From a virus (taxonomy: Duplodnaviria > Caudoviricetes), in IMG/VR virus record IMGVR_UViG_3300028792_000003, positions 27,794 to 91,793 of that record: DNA of 64,000 nt, one strand, 5' to 3'. Positions 9,891-19,508 of the stretch are shown in pieces (position 1 is the stretch's first letter; every line of letters starts with the position of its first letter). The notes beneath the pieces were generated by a model. It was not told the origin of the DNA. It ran no database searches and saw nothing but the letters and a program-made list of their open reading frames with translations. The translations under genes were made by a program, and so were the position numbers.

Positions 9891-9934
9891 CAAGTACGGC
9901 GTACACCAACTCCATCACCAGTGGAAGAAGAACA

Positions 9935-12766
9935 ATGGGCAAGTCAACCAGTTCATATTTTCCTGTGCACGCTCACTCGCAGTTCAGCACGCTCGACGGC
10001 ATGAGCAAGGTTCCCGCCATGGTTGCCCGGGTAGCAGAGATGGGGCAGCCCGGCATGGCGTTGAGTGACCACGGGAACATGGCGGGCACCGTTCAGTTGT
10101 ACAAGGCATGCAAGCAACACGGGATCAAGGCTTTCCCCGGCATCGAGGCGTACCTGCTCGATCCTGCGTTCGAGGGTCTGCTGGACGAGTCGGGTACCGC
10201 AGGCCGGTTCCACTTCGGATTGCTCGCCCTGTCGGAGAAGGGCTACAAGGCCCTGGTGGACTTCACCAGCAAGACGCACACCCGGCCACGGTTCAGCAGG
10301 TTCCCCCGGGCCACTCTTAGTGACATCACGGCTCTAGGACGGGACTACGGGGATCACGTCGCTCTGACCACCGGCTGTCACTTCGGCTGGTTGCAGCAGA
10401 CGCTGATCAAGCACGGGCCGGACGCAGCGGACCGTGTGCTCAACATGTACACGCAGGCGTTCCCCAACACGTTCGTGGAACTGCACCAGCACAACATCGA
10501 CGACCACGACAGCCACGACGAGGAAGAAGAGTTGCACTACACGTCTGACTACGACGTGATGATGGAACTCTACAAGATGGCTAAGGCGTATGACTTGCCG
10601 GTTGTCGCTGGGCAGGACAACCACTACACGTTCCAGAAGGAGAAGCGCGCTCATTCGTTGATGAAGTCGATGACCTACGGCGGGACCGATGACGCCTTCC
10701 CCGGTGACACGTTCCACCTGGCATCGGCCGACTGGATGGAAGAGCACTTCCCCGCCAAGGTCTGGAAGCGCATCGAAGCGGGTCACGAGCAACTGCTCGA
10801 CCTGCACCGGTTGAAGATCAAACCGCTGGACACCTACAAGATCGACGTCCCGCACATCATCGACAACCCCGAGAAGGTCGTCTGGGACACGGCACAGGCC
10901 AACCTGCGCAAGCACCTGAAACGCGACTCGGCCAACCAGGCAGCGCAGAAGAAGTACGAGGACCGGCTCGCGTTCGAGTGGGACATCATCGCTTACTTGG
11001 GCATGGCGGTGTACTTCGCCATCTGGATGGAGTTCGTCAAGTGGTGCAAGCAACAGCACATCGCTATCGAAGCGCGTGGCTCTGCGAACGGATCACTGAT
11101 CGCGTACGTCCTGGGCATCACGCAGGTTGACCCGATCAAGCACGGCACCGACTTCGAGCGGTTCATGTCCAAGGACCGGCTGAAGCCACCGGACGTGGAC
11201 ATGGACATCGAGGACGCCCGACGAGGTGAAGCGCTCGCCTGGCTGGCCAAGAGGTTCGAATCATCCCAGATTGGCACCTGGAGCAAGTTGGGCAGCACCG
11301 TCGATCCCGAGACCGGCGAGGAGAAGGGGTCGGTTCTCCAGACGTGGTTCCAGTCCAAGCGGCGCATGTGCGAGAACCAGGCTTGGGACAAGGAGAAGCA
11401 CCTCGCTGAGAAGCAGGACCGCAAGCCGGTCAAATACCAGGCGGTCGATGCTGGCAAGAAGCGGTTCGCCCGTGAGTTCGGCTGGGTCAAGTCCATGGAA
11501 GACGTACGGAAGGTCAACAAGAGCGAGTACGAAGGGCTGCGCCGCCTGGCAGAGATGAACAGCGCGTTCAGGTCGTACGGCGTACACGCAGCGGGCGTTC
11601 TGCTGTCCGGGGAGCACATCAAGATCACGGACTACATCCCCCGGATGCTGGTCGCGTCGTCGGACACCACTGTCACTCAGTACGACATGGATGACGTGGA
11701 AGAGTTCGGCATCCTGAAGATGGACCTGCTCGGGCAGACCACGTTGTCGGTGATGCGCAGGTGCCAGGAACTGATCGGGTTGGACGATCCAACTGACTTC
11801 TCCTGGATACCGATGGATGACCGGGCCGCGTACAGGTTGCTCAGAACGGGGCGGACTAATACCGGCATCTTCCACTTCGAGGGGTACACCAAGGCGAAGG
11901 GCGGGCGGGAACTGAAGGTCACCAACCTGAAGGACACGGTGCTGGTGCAGGCTCTGTACATGCCGGGCTGCATGGACGTCGCACCCGGGCAGAAGACCAG
12001 CCAGAAGGACTTGTACCTCCAGCGTCGCAACTCGGCGTCGGAACGGAAGAAGGTCACCTATCTGCACGGTGCGTTCGAGAAGGCCCTGAAGGAGACGCAT
12101 GGTGCAGTGGTCTTCCAGGAGCAGGTCATCAACATCATGCGCGGTCTCGGCATGGACATCGCGGGCATCAATACCTTCTTCAAGGTGGTGAAGGACTCGG
12201 GCAAGGGGTCCGGGGAACGCAACCGGGAACGGATGGCAAAGGTCCGGAAGCAGTTCGACAGCCTGTGCCACCAAGAGGGGATTGACAGCGACGCGGCCTG
12301 GGGACAGACAGCCGCGTTCGTGGCCTACGGGTTCAACCGCGCACACGCCACCGGGTACGCGATCCGCACTTACCGGTGTGCGTATCTGAAGGCGCACTAC
12401 CCGCTGGAGTTTATGACCGCCCTGCTGGAATCCTGGGCTGGTCGGGACAAGGAGGCGCTGTACATCAAGGAAGCAAGACGGATGGAAATCCCCATCCTCC
12501 CGCCGCACGTCAACATCAGCGGTGCGGCGTGGACGATGGATGCTAGCCGTGGCGCAATCCGCCGAGGTCTGCTATCAATCAAGGGTGTGGGTCCGGCTAT
12601 CGCGGACACCATTGCAAGGAACGCACCGTACGACTCCGTGAAGGACTTGTGCGAGCGGACCAAGGGGGTCGGGGGAACCAAGAAGTTCTTGGACAACGAT
12701 TCCTACACAGGAGCGTTGGCTGCATTGCAGTCGGCGGGGGCTTTGAAACGACTGAAGGAGAACTAA
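9935..12766 (+). CDS. dnaE: DNA polymerase III alpha subunit (family C)
   Basis: PHP motifs HAHSQFSTLDG and SDHG; RGSANGSL; catalytic PDVDMD; KMDLLG; YGFNRAHA; LKAHYPLEF; C-terminal OB region appears absent. Confidence 0.95.
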   Translation: MGKSTSSYFPVHAHSQFSTLDGMSKVPAMVARVAEMGQPGMALSDHGNMAGTVQLYKACKQHGIKAFPGIEAYLLDPAFEGLLDESGTAGRFHFGLLALSEKGYKALVDFTSKTHTRPRFSRFPRATLSDITALGRDYGDHVALTTGCHFGWLQQTLIKHGPDAADRVLNMYTQAFPNTFVELHQHNIDDHDSHDEEEELHYTSDYDVMMELYKMAKAYDLPVVAGQDNHYTFQKEKRAHSLMKSMTYGGTDDAFPGDTFHLASADWMEEHFPAKVWKRIEAGHEQLLDLHRLKIKPLDTYKIDVPHIIDNPEKVVWDTAQANLRKHLKRDSANQAAQKKYEDRLAFEWDIIAYLGMAVYFAIWMEFVKWCKQQHIAIEARGSANGSLIAYVLGITQVDPIKHGTDFERFMSKDRLKPPDVDMDIEDARRGEALAWLAKRFESSQIGTWSKLGSTVDPETGEEKGSVLQTWFQSKRRMCENQAWDKEKHLAEKQDRKPVKYQAVDAGKKRFAREFGWVKSMEDVRKVNKSEYEGLRRLAEMNSAFRSYGVHAAGVLLSGEHIKITDYIPRMLVASSDTTVTQYDMDDVEEFGILKMDLLGQTTLSVMRRCQELIGLDDPTDFSWIPMDDRAAYRLLRTGRTNTGIFHFEGYTKAKGGRELKVTNLKDTVLVQALYMPGCMDVAPGQKTSQKDLYLQRRNSASERKKVTYLHGAFEKALKETHGAVVFQEQVINIMRGLGMDIAGINTFFKVVKDSGKGSGERNRERMAKVRKQFDSLCHQEGIDSDAAWGQTAAFVAYGFNRAHATGYAIRTYRCAYLKAHYPLEFMTALLESWAGRDKEALYIKEARRMEIPILPPHVNISGAAWTMDASRGAIRRGLLSIKGVGPAIADTIARNAPYDSVKDLCERTKGVGGTKKFLDNDSYTGALAALQSAGALKRLKEN

Positions 12767-12770
12767 CAAC

Positions 12771-13154
12771 ATGTTCACCAGGGTGGAGCGTGACCCCCTA
12801 CTGCCGCACCAGATCGTCTTGGCGACGTCTCGCGGCGGTACTGACATCATTGTCAGTTGCAACTGTCTGCGGACGACGAAGAACTCGAAAGCCCGCAACG
12901 TGCATCACGAACCCATCGCCACGGTGACGACCGTCCCGGAGGCGTGGAAGTACTACAACGATTCATCCAACCATGACAGCAGCAGCAAGACCCCGTTCAC
13001 CGACGAGTGGAAGGGAGGTTCCCGTGCGCTATCTCAGGAAGCCGCTGTGGACCGAAAAGCAGCGGGAGCGGTACTGGCGCGGATTTATCCGCAGACTCGG
13101 CGGTCGGAAGTACGTGGACCCGAGGTACCGGGCAAGGTGCTTCAACTGCCGTAA
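12771..13154 (+). CDS. hypothetical protein
   Basis: GGAG RBS; 3' third overlaps the next ORF, so the end is uncertain. Confidence 0.5.
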   Translation: MFTRVERDPLLPHQIVLATSRGGTDIIVSCNCLRTTKNSKARNVHHEPIATVTTVPEAWKYYNDSSNHDSSSKTPFTDEWKGGSRALSQEAAVDRKAAGAVLARIYPQTRRSEVRGPEVPGKVLQLP

Positions 13155-13263
13155 CAACTTCACCATGTTCAAGGACATTCAGATGCGGGGCCTCGAAATG
13201 AGGCCCCGTTTTCTGTTGTGCACCAAGTGCTGGAACGAGACTAAGGAAACAGGGGAACTCTAG
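13024..13263 (+). CDS. small Zn-ribbon protein
   Basis: GGAGG RBS before GTG; CFNC...CTKC. Confidence 0.55.
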   Translation: MRYLRKPLWTEKQRERYWRGFIRRLGGRKYVDPRYRARCFNCRNNFTMFKDIQMRGLEMRPRFLLCTKCWNETKETGEL

Positions 13264-14405
13264 TGGCCACCAAGGCAACCAAGGCCCGCGAGTTGATGAA
13301 CAACGTCAACAAGGCACTGGGCGAAGAAGCCATCCGCATGGGCAGCGACAAGTCGTTCGTCGTGAAGTACATCAACACAGGCATCCTCCCCATCGACGCA
13401 CTGCTGGCGGGCGGCATCCCGCTGGGCCGGTTCACGGTGCTGACAGGTGACTGGAGCACGCTCAAGACGTACATCGGTCTGTGCGCCATCAGAGAGGTGC
13501 AGGCAGCCGGTGGCATCGCCGCCCTGATCGACACCGAGCGGACGTTCGATCCACAGTGGGCCAAGTCCATTGGTATCAACGTGGACGATCTGCTGCTGTA
13601 CCCGTCCCGCGACGTCGAAGACCTGACCACCATCAGCGGTGAGATGGCCATCGACGCTGCGGAAGCGATGGTGCGCAACGGGGTGGACCTGCTGGTGTTC
13701 GACTCGGTGGCTGCTGCACTGCCGGAAGCAGAGCGCAAGAAGCGGATGCACGACGAGAACATCCAGCCTGGTCGGCTGGCCGCGCTGATGTCTGCCGCGT
13801 GCCGTCGTCTGACTGCCGCGAACAACAAGACGGCAGTCATCTGGATCAATCAACTCCGGGAGAACATCGGTGTGTCCTTCGGTCCCACTACCAAGGCAAC
13901 CGGTGGACGTGCTCTGCCATATTTCGCGTCCTACATCCTCAACATCAAGAAGGTCGGCAAGATCACCCGGGACGTGAAGTACCACAACGGTGAGAAGTGG
14001 CAGTCCGGCAAAGAGCAGATCGGCCAGAAGTTCCAGGCCGAACTCCAGAAGAGCAAGTTGAACAAGCCGTTCCGGGACGTCTGGTTCGACTACTCGATGG
14101 AAGACAGCGCCATCGACGAGGTGGGGTACATGATCGCGCAGGGGATCGAGCACGGCTGGATCACCCAGAAGGGCGCGTCGTATTCCTACGGGCCACACAA
14201 GGCCGTAGGACGCGACAAGTGGCGTCAGACGGTTCTGGCTACCCCGGCGCTCTACGAGGCGCTTGAATCGGCTGTCAGGGACCACCACGGCATCCCCCAG
14301 GCCAGCAAGACGGCCCAGAAGCACCGGAAGCATGTTGCGGCAGTAGTAGCCGCTCCGGCGCAGCAGAAGAAGAAGCCAGTGCTAGCGAAGAAGACACTCC
14401 GGTAG
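13263..14405 (+). CDS. recA: RecA recombinase
   Basis: TGILPIDALLAGGIPLGR, ALIDTE, VFDSVAA, INQLRE, TGGRALPYFAS; Walker A variant GDWSTLKT. Confidence 0.93.
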   Translation: MATKATKARELMNNVNKALGEEAIRMGSDKSFVVKYINTGILPIDALLAGGIPLGRFTVLTGDWSTLKTYIGLCAIREVQAAGGIAALIDTERTFDPQWAKSIGINVDDLLLYPSRDVEDLTTISGEMAIDAAEAMVRNGVDLLVFDSVAAALPEAERKKRMHDENIQPGRLAALMSAACRRLTAANNKTAVIWINQLRENIGVSFGPTTKATGGRALPYFASYILNIKKVGKITRDVKYHNGEKWQSGKEQIGQKFQAELQKSKLNKPFRDVWFDYSMEDSAIDEVGYMIAQGIEHGWITQKGASYSYGPHKAVGRDKWRQTVLATPALYEALESAVRDHHGIPQASKTAQKHRKHVAAVVAAPAQQKKKPVLAKKTLR

Positions 14406-14415
14406 AAGTAGCGCC

Positions 14416-14628
14416 GTGGACACCCGATACGAACCAACCAGAAAGAACCTCGAAGGGTTCATGGCCAAGCAAGGTGTCTACACCGTGCAGTTGGCTAGTC
14501 CGATTGACTTGCCGATTGTCCGGAGCAGGGTGCAGGTGATGGCGGCGAAGCACAACAGGTCACTCGTCACCCGGTACGACGAGAAGAAGTGCCTGTTGGA
14601 AGTGAAGGTAGGGGAGCACATCGCATGA
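14416..14628 (+). CDS. hypothetical protein
   Basis: fills the gap, ATGA overlap with the next gene. Confidence 0.5.
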   Translation: MDTRYEPTRKNLEGFMAKQGVYTVQLASPIDLPIVRSRVQVMAAKHNRSLVTRYDEKKCLLEVKVGEHIA

Positions 14629-14942
14629 CCGGCCAGTCGGAACTTCCCTGGTCACCCAGGACCAGGCAGAAGATGGGCGAGAAGACAGAGCAGCAGATCG
14701 TCAAGAAGCGTGGTGGCCGGGTTCATCCCCGGTCCGGTGCTGGCTCTATCAAGGACGACGGATCATCCGACTTCGAAGTGATGGAGATTAAGGATGCCAA
14801 CAAGTCCTACACGCTGAACGGCAAGGAACTCGAAGGTCTGTACCGGCGAGCGACGCGTCAGAACAAGGATGCTTCGTTCATCATCTACTTCACCGGAGCA
14901 GACCTGACTGCCACCATCAACATCACCAAGGGCAAGGGGTAG
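14625..14942 (+). CDS. Hjc-like PD-(D/E)xK nuclease / Holliday junction resolvase
   Basis: G..TE...SGAG..KDD...MEIK pattern. Confidence 0.65.
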   Translation: MTGQSELPWSPRTRQKMGEKTEQQIVKKRGGRVHPRSGAGSIKDDGSSDFEVMEIKDANKSYTLNGKELEGLYRRATRQNKDASFIIYFTGADLTATINITKGKG

Positions 14943-14950
14943 GTACGACC

Positions 14951-15697
14951 ATGGAAGAGCAGGCACCAGAAACAGCACAAGAATGGATGGACAAGATGCT
15001 CGCCTGGAAGAGCGAGCCTCTGATCCCGGAACTTCTCGGGTATGTAGAGAAACTGCCCGGGTTCGGCACCGTCCTACGCAGCCCGTTGGTGTATCAAGTC
15101 CCGTTGTTCACACCGGGCCAGGCCAATGAGACGTACCGGCTGAAGAAGAAGGCCGTCAAAGAGGCCGAGGCTCGCAACGACATGGGTTCCGTTGTGTTTC
15201 TGCACGAACGCGCCTATCGGCTAGACGCGCTTGTCAGGTACGTCGTCGGTGCTGACGAACTCACCGAACAGCCGTGCTCGCTGGTAGGGCTCGATCAGGA
15301 AGCCCGTGATCTGGCTGCCGACGTATGGATTGATTCCGAGAACATCGACCAGTACCTGGATGTCTGGGGCGCTCTCTTCCGGGGCTGGGAGCCTGACATG
15401 CCACTGCTGCTGGGCGACCGTGACGAGCAGGCGGAGTTCAACGCCATGCCGGATGTGCTCCGTGTGTACCGGGCAGGCATCGACGATGGTGGTTGGTCGT
15501 GGACGTTGGACCCGAAGATCGCCGTCTTCTTCGCCAAGAGGTTCGGCAGCGACCACCCGATGGAGACAGCCATCGTCAAGAAGTCGGACGTGTTCGGTTA
15601 CTTGTCCCGGCGAACTGAGTCGGAGGTGCTGGTTGCCGATGGTGCAGCCCTGTTCGACAAGCGGCCCTATGTTCACGTGGAAGATGTCGAGCGGTGA
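14951..15697 (+). CDS. putative ADP-ribosyltransferase-fold protein (R-S-E class)
   Basis: VYRAG...WSWTLD..IA..FA...ESEVLV. Confidence 0.55.
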   Translation: MEEQAPETAQEWMDKMLAWKSEPLIPELLGYVEKLPGFGTVLRSPLVYQVPLFTPGQANETYRLKKKAVKEAEARNDMGSVVFLHERAYRLDALVRYVVGADELTEQPCSLVGLDQEARDLAADVWIDSENIDQYLDVWGALFRGWEPDMPLLLGDRDEQAEFNAMPDVLRVYRAGIDDGGWSWTLDPKIAVFFAKRFGSDHPMETAIVKKSDVFGYLSRRTESEVLVADGAALFDKRPYVHVEDVER

Positions 15698-16071
15698 AGC
15701 AGACACCACTGGAAGCCATCTACCTGGAGGGCTACCCGCTCCGGGTGCAGGCGTACCGGACCCTGATGCGGGCAGGCATCACGACGGTGGAAGAACTCAT
15801 CGGCCGGGACGTGTACCTGACCAGGACAGCGGAAGGCCCGTCTCCGTTCGCGGAAGACGACTGGGGTGTTCCGATCCGCACGGGAGCAGAGGCAAACGCG
15901 TGGGCACAGTGGATGGACTACCGGCACCGCTACGGTCTGGCAGAACTGAAGAACATCGGACCACGAGCACTGCACCAGTTGTCGATCATCCGGGAAGAGA
16001 TGATCGAACGTTGGCGTACTCGCACTGAACTTGAACGGGTTGCTCCGGCCAAGGAATGGTCATTCGACTGA
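15694..16071 (+). CDS. RNA polymerase alpha-CTD-like protein with internal insertion
   Basis: LRVQAYRTLMRAGITTVEELI...LKNIGPRALHQL vs alpha-CTD [21 protein letters not shown]...IRNFGQKSIDEV. Confidence 0.6.
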   Translation: MKQTPLEAIYLEGYPLRVQAYRTLMRAGITTVEELIGRDVYLTRTAEGPSPFAEDDWGVPIRTGAEANAWAQWMDYRHRYGLAELKNIGPRALHQLSIIREEMIERWRTRTELERVAPAKEWSFD

Positions 16072-16103
16072 ACAGACAAGACAAGAAAGCGAACAACAAC
16101 AAC

Positions 16104-16262
16104 ATGAACATCTTGCTGATGGCTTTCGCCCTCGGCGTGCCGATTCTTTTCATCATCTGCTCCAAGGTGATCGTCAGGCTGGTCTTCTACGGGATCGTCC
16201 TGTACGTCTCCTGGGGCATGATCCTGTCCACGTTCGGCATCGGCTGGGCACCCATCAAGTAA
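16104..16262 (+). CDS. small membrane protein
   Basis: two hydrophobic segments. Confidence 0.55.
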   Translation: MNILLMAFALGVPILFIICSKVIVRLVFYGIVLYVSWGMILSTFGIGWAPIK

Positions 16263-16280
16263 CAAAGGACTGACAGACAC

Positions 16281-17042
16281 ATGGCACCTCACCGAAGAGC
16301 AACCATCCGACTTGGCACGTTCAACGTCCCGTTCAACCTGCACGTCGGGACTGCCGACGCGGAGATCACCAAGTTCATCGAACTGGCCGACCCCGACGTG
16401 TTCGGCACCCAGGAGATGTGGGGCAACGACCGGGACCAGATCATCAACAACTGCCCCGGGTGGGCATGGCACCGGCCCAAGCAGACCGCACACAGCGACG
16501 AGTGCACCATCTTCTGGAGCAAGGACAGGTTCAAGGCACTGGACCACTTCTGCTACCAGATCGCACCGCCGATGGAAGGAGGTGCCGCCCCGGGCAGGTT
16601 CCTCAACGGCGTGCTATTGCACTCGCTCGACCTGAACCGGAACGTCTGGTTCCTGAACACGCACCTGGATGCTCTGTCCAACATCAACGGCGACAGGAAC
16701 CGCATCCGGAGCGAGGTGCAGGCGATCAGTGGGGAGATCGCGCGCCTGTCGAAGTACGGAGTGCCGGTCTTCATGGTGGGTGACTTCAACCAGAACTACT
16801 TCCGGAAGCCGATGTTGCGCGATGCATTTCACTCGGTGCGGACCCATGCGAACTGGGAACTCTACGGACGTAAGCCGCTCTGGTACGGCACGCACGGCAG
16901 GTCGTACATCGACACGTTGTGGATCAACCGGCCCGTCCACCACAACATCAAGATCGAGCACCAGCAGGTTCACCGTGGCTACAAGTCAGACCATCGACCT
17001 TTGACGGTGGACGTTTCCATGCCAGTACGACCGAAGGAGTGA
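16281..17042 (+). CDS. endonuclease/exonuclease/phosphatase (EEP) family protein
   Basis: TFNV, GTQE, NTHL, VGDFN, YID, SDHRP motifs. Confidence 0.9.
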   Translation: MAPHRRATIRLGTFNVPFNLHVGTADAEITKFIELADPDVFGTQEMWGNDRDQIINNCPGWAWHRPKQTAHSDECTIFWSKDRFKALDHFCYQIAPPMEGGAAPGRFLNGVLLHSLDLNRNVWFLNTHLDALSNINGDRNRIRSEVQAISGEIARLSKYGVPVFMVGDFNQNYFRKPMLRDAFHSVRTHANWELYGRKPLWYGTHGRSYIDTLWINRPVHHNIKIEHQQVHRGYKSDHRPLTVDVSMPVRPKE

Positions 17043-17045
17043 GCG

Positions 17046-18779
17046 ATGCCGCTCAACCTGCGTGACATCGCCAAGGCCGCGAATAACAACGACACGGTGA
17101 TGACTCCACTGATCCAGGACTGGTTGCTACAGCACGGAGACGAGGAGTACGACCGGCACATCGCTGACTGGATCAGGGATCAACTGGTCACCAAGCCCCG
17201 GAACAGGTCCGCATCGTTCAGCGCGTCTTCTGCGGGAGGTTGCCCTCGTGCGCAGCAGTTGCAGTACCTGGGTATCCGGGGACTTGACTCGGTGGACGTG
17301 CGGTTGCAGAACATCTTCAACGACGGCAAGTGGCGTCACCTCCGCTGGCAGGCGATGTCGTTCATGGCAGAAGCACTGACCAAGGCCGAGATGCCGTTGT
17401 TCTGGCGCAACATGCGGTCCAGAGGGACCATCGACGGCTACGGCATCGTTCCTGACGATCACCCGCGTGCACTGTGGCGCGGGATGGACTACGGCTTCGA
17501 GTTGAAGGGTATGAACCCCTTCGGCTACCAGAAGGCGATCAAGGGCGACCCGGAGATGAAGCATGAACACAAGTTGCAGGTGCATCGGTACTTCCTGATG
17601 GGCGGCTTCGACCTGTTCGTGATCATCTACGAGAACAAGGGTTGTGTTCCTGAATACACGCGTTGCATGACCCGACGTGGCTGGACATATCACTACGACC
17701 TCGTTGATGGTGACGAGATTCTGACCTACAACATGGAGCAAGATTGCATGGAGTGGGAGCCATATCAGAACAAAGTTGTCTACGAAGCAGACAGCGCTCC
17801 TTTGTATCGTGTTGGCAACAAGCACCAGGAGTTCGTCACTACACGCGATCATCGCTGGGCTGTGCGAGACCAACAAGGCAACATGTCAGTGCGACGTACC
17901 GATCAACTGAATTCAAACAGTTGGGTGCCGTTCCACGCTCCTTACGAGCAGAAGTCATCTGTCTGTACACCGTATGAGGCGGAAGCGATTGGCTGGGTCG
18001 CTTCAGATGGCTGGATCAGCGACCACAAGTGGTACACCATCGCTCAATCGAAACCCGAAGGGACCAAGGCTCTCGATGCTTTGCTAGAGCCTACCGATCT
18101 GAACGTGCAGGGGCCGTACGACGGCATGTATTACTACTACCTGAAGGGGCCGTTGCGCAGCAGGCTGAGAGAACTGCTTCCGACCAAAGACCACTTGCCC
18201 TCCCTAGTAACGCGAATGGATCGTCCTGCCTTAGAGGCGTTCGTGCGCGGTTGCTTGGGAGGTGACGGGTCATGGGCACCTACTGGTATGGAATTGCAGT
18301 TCTGCCAGAACGATGGCTTGGTCAAGGAAGCCTTCCAGATCGCCTGTACCTTGTTGGGAATTAGATACAACATCAACGAAGGCAAGTTGAGTGGCTATCT
18401 TGGTAACCGTCGTTGGATGCGCACTTACACTTCCGTTGCTCTCCCGCAATACGAACGAGTGTGGTGTCCCAAGACGACCAACGGTTTCTGGCTCATGGAG
18501 CAGAACGGCAAGGCCGTCATCACAGGCAACACCCAGGAATGGCACGAGTGGGTGATCGAGCCAGACGACGAGTACCTGGAAATGTCGCAGGCAGAACTCG
18601 AACTCCTCAACGACGGGATCGACAACCAGCGACTGGCCCCGGTACTGAACCAGTGCAAGGTTCACACCGGGCAGTTCAAGGAGTGCACGTTCGGGATGCA
18701 GCCGGGTAACTCCCCGTGCCTTCGGGCAGGACGCTGGCCGAACATCCAGACCAGCAAGAGCAAGAAGGGCAGTAAGTGA
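17046..18779 (+). CDS. Cas4-like PD-(D/E)xK exonuclease containing an intein
   Basis: SASSAGGCPR, GTIDG, FELKG, QVHRY, C-terminal Cys cluster; intein at aa 200-495. Confidence 0.85.
   Translation: MPLNLRDIAKAANNNDTVMTPLIQDWLLQHGDEEYDRHIADWIRDQLVTKPRNRSASFSASSAGGCPRAQQLQYLGIRGLDSVDVRLQNIFNDGKWRHLRWQAMSFMAEALTKAEMPLFWRNMRSRGTIDGYGIVPDDHPRALWRGMDYGFELKGMNPFGYQKAIKGDPEMKHEHKLQVHRYFLMGGFDLFVIIYENKGCVPEYTRCMTRRGWTYHYDLVDGDEILTYNMEQDCMEWEPYQNKVVYEADSAPLYRVGNKHQEFVTTRDHRWAVRDQQGNMSVRRTDQLNSNSWVPFHAPYEQKSSVCTPYEAEAIGWVASDGWISDHKWYTIAQSKPEGTKALDALLEPTDLNVQGPYDGMYYYYLKGPLRSRLRELLPTKDHLPSLVTRMDRPALEAFVRGCLGGDGSWAPTGMELQFCQNDGLVKEAFQIACTLLGIRYNINEGKLSGYLGNRRWMRTYTSVALPQYERVWCPKTTNGFWLMEQNGKAVITGNTQEWHEWVIEPDDEYLEMSQAELELLNDGIDNQRLAPVLNQCKVHTGQFKECTFGMQPGNSPCLRAGRWPNIQTSKSKKGSK
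17643..18530 (+). mobile_element. intein with LAGLIDADG endonuclease in the Cas4-like nuclease
   Basis: N-term CVPEYTRCMTRRGW, TRDHRW, GWVASDG/RGCLGGDG, C-term VWCP...ITGN followed by Thr; lower GC. Confidence 0.9.
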
Positions 18780-18780
18780 C

Positions 18781-19242
18781 ATGCGGAAGAAGACTGACAA
18801 GCCTGCCAAGAAGCAGGAGTCGCCTGAGCAACCTCCCCGCTCGAAGAAGCGCAAGCCGCCCAAGAAGACTCTGCGTGCGTTCGAGTTGGGTGAAGGAATG
18901 CCCAACCTCACCGAACTTGCGGCAGAACTGGATGCCATGACGGACGTCCTGTGTGGGCGTGTCGAACCGCCGATTGACCACGGCACACTCACACTGATGG
19001 AAGTGGCAGACGGTTACTTCGCACGGGCAAGTGAGATGGCTATGAAGATTCATAGGCTGGAGCGTCGGGGTCAGATCACGAAGACATCCGCGCACTACAA
19101 GTTCAGGACAGGCGAACTGCGCGACTTCACCGAGATGGCCAAGCGTGCAGCAGACCTGGGCAGCAGGCGTTTGACCGAAGAGACGCTCCAGTACGAGATG
19201 GCCAAGTTCGGCAGAGAATCCAAAGGGCAGGTGTTCCGATGA
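18781..19242 (+). CDS. hypothetical protein
   Basis: tight packing, codon bias. Confidence 0.65.
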   Translation: MRKKTDKPAKKQESPEQPPRSKKRKPPKKTLRAFELGEGMPNLTELAAELDAMTDVLCGRVEPPIDHGTLTLMEVADGYFARASEMAMKIHRLERRGQITKTSAHYKFRTGELRDFTEMAKRAADLGSRRLTEETLQYEMAKFGRESKGQVFR

Positions 19243-19508
19243 ACCACGAAGACGACAGCAGCATGTTCAACGCCATCACCGATGGGCAGTACGGCATGGC
19301 CGAGAAGATGGCTGGTACCGACATGTACCAGGCACAGGTCGATTCGGTACAGGCCCACACTCAACTGATGCTCGCCCACGAGGAGAGTGTCGTCAGCAAG
19401 AACCGGCTCCGGGATCAGATCTGCGCCACACTCACGGTGTCGTTCTTCGTCGGCCTCATGGTGTTGGTTCCGGTGATCGTGCACCTGTGGTTCTGGGCCA
19501 TCCCGTGA
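19239..19508 (+). CDS. membrane protein
   Basis: C-terminal hydrophobic helix; ATGA overlap. Confidence 0.6.
   Translation: MNHEDDSSMFNAITDGQYGMAEKMAGTDMYQAQVDSVQAHTQLMLAHEESVVSKNRLRDQICATLTVSFFVGLMVLVPVIVHLWFWAIP

Noticed and set aside
9827-9934. Longer dnaE start given in the ORF track
   Set aside because: The extension lies within the structured region; the PHP motif begins just after ATG 9935
17046-18779. Cas4-like gene as evidence of a CRISPR system
   Set aside because: No repeat-spacer array or other cas genes seen; stand-alone Cas4-like nucleases are common in phages
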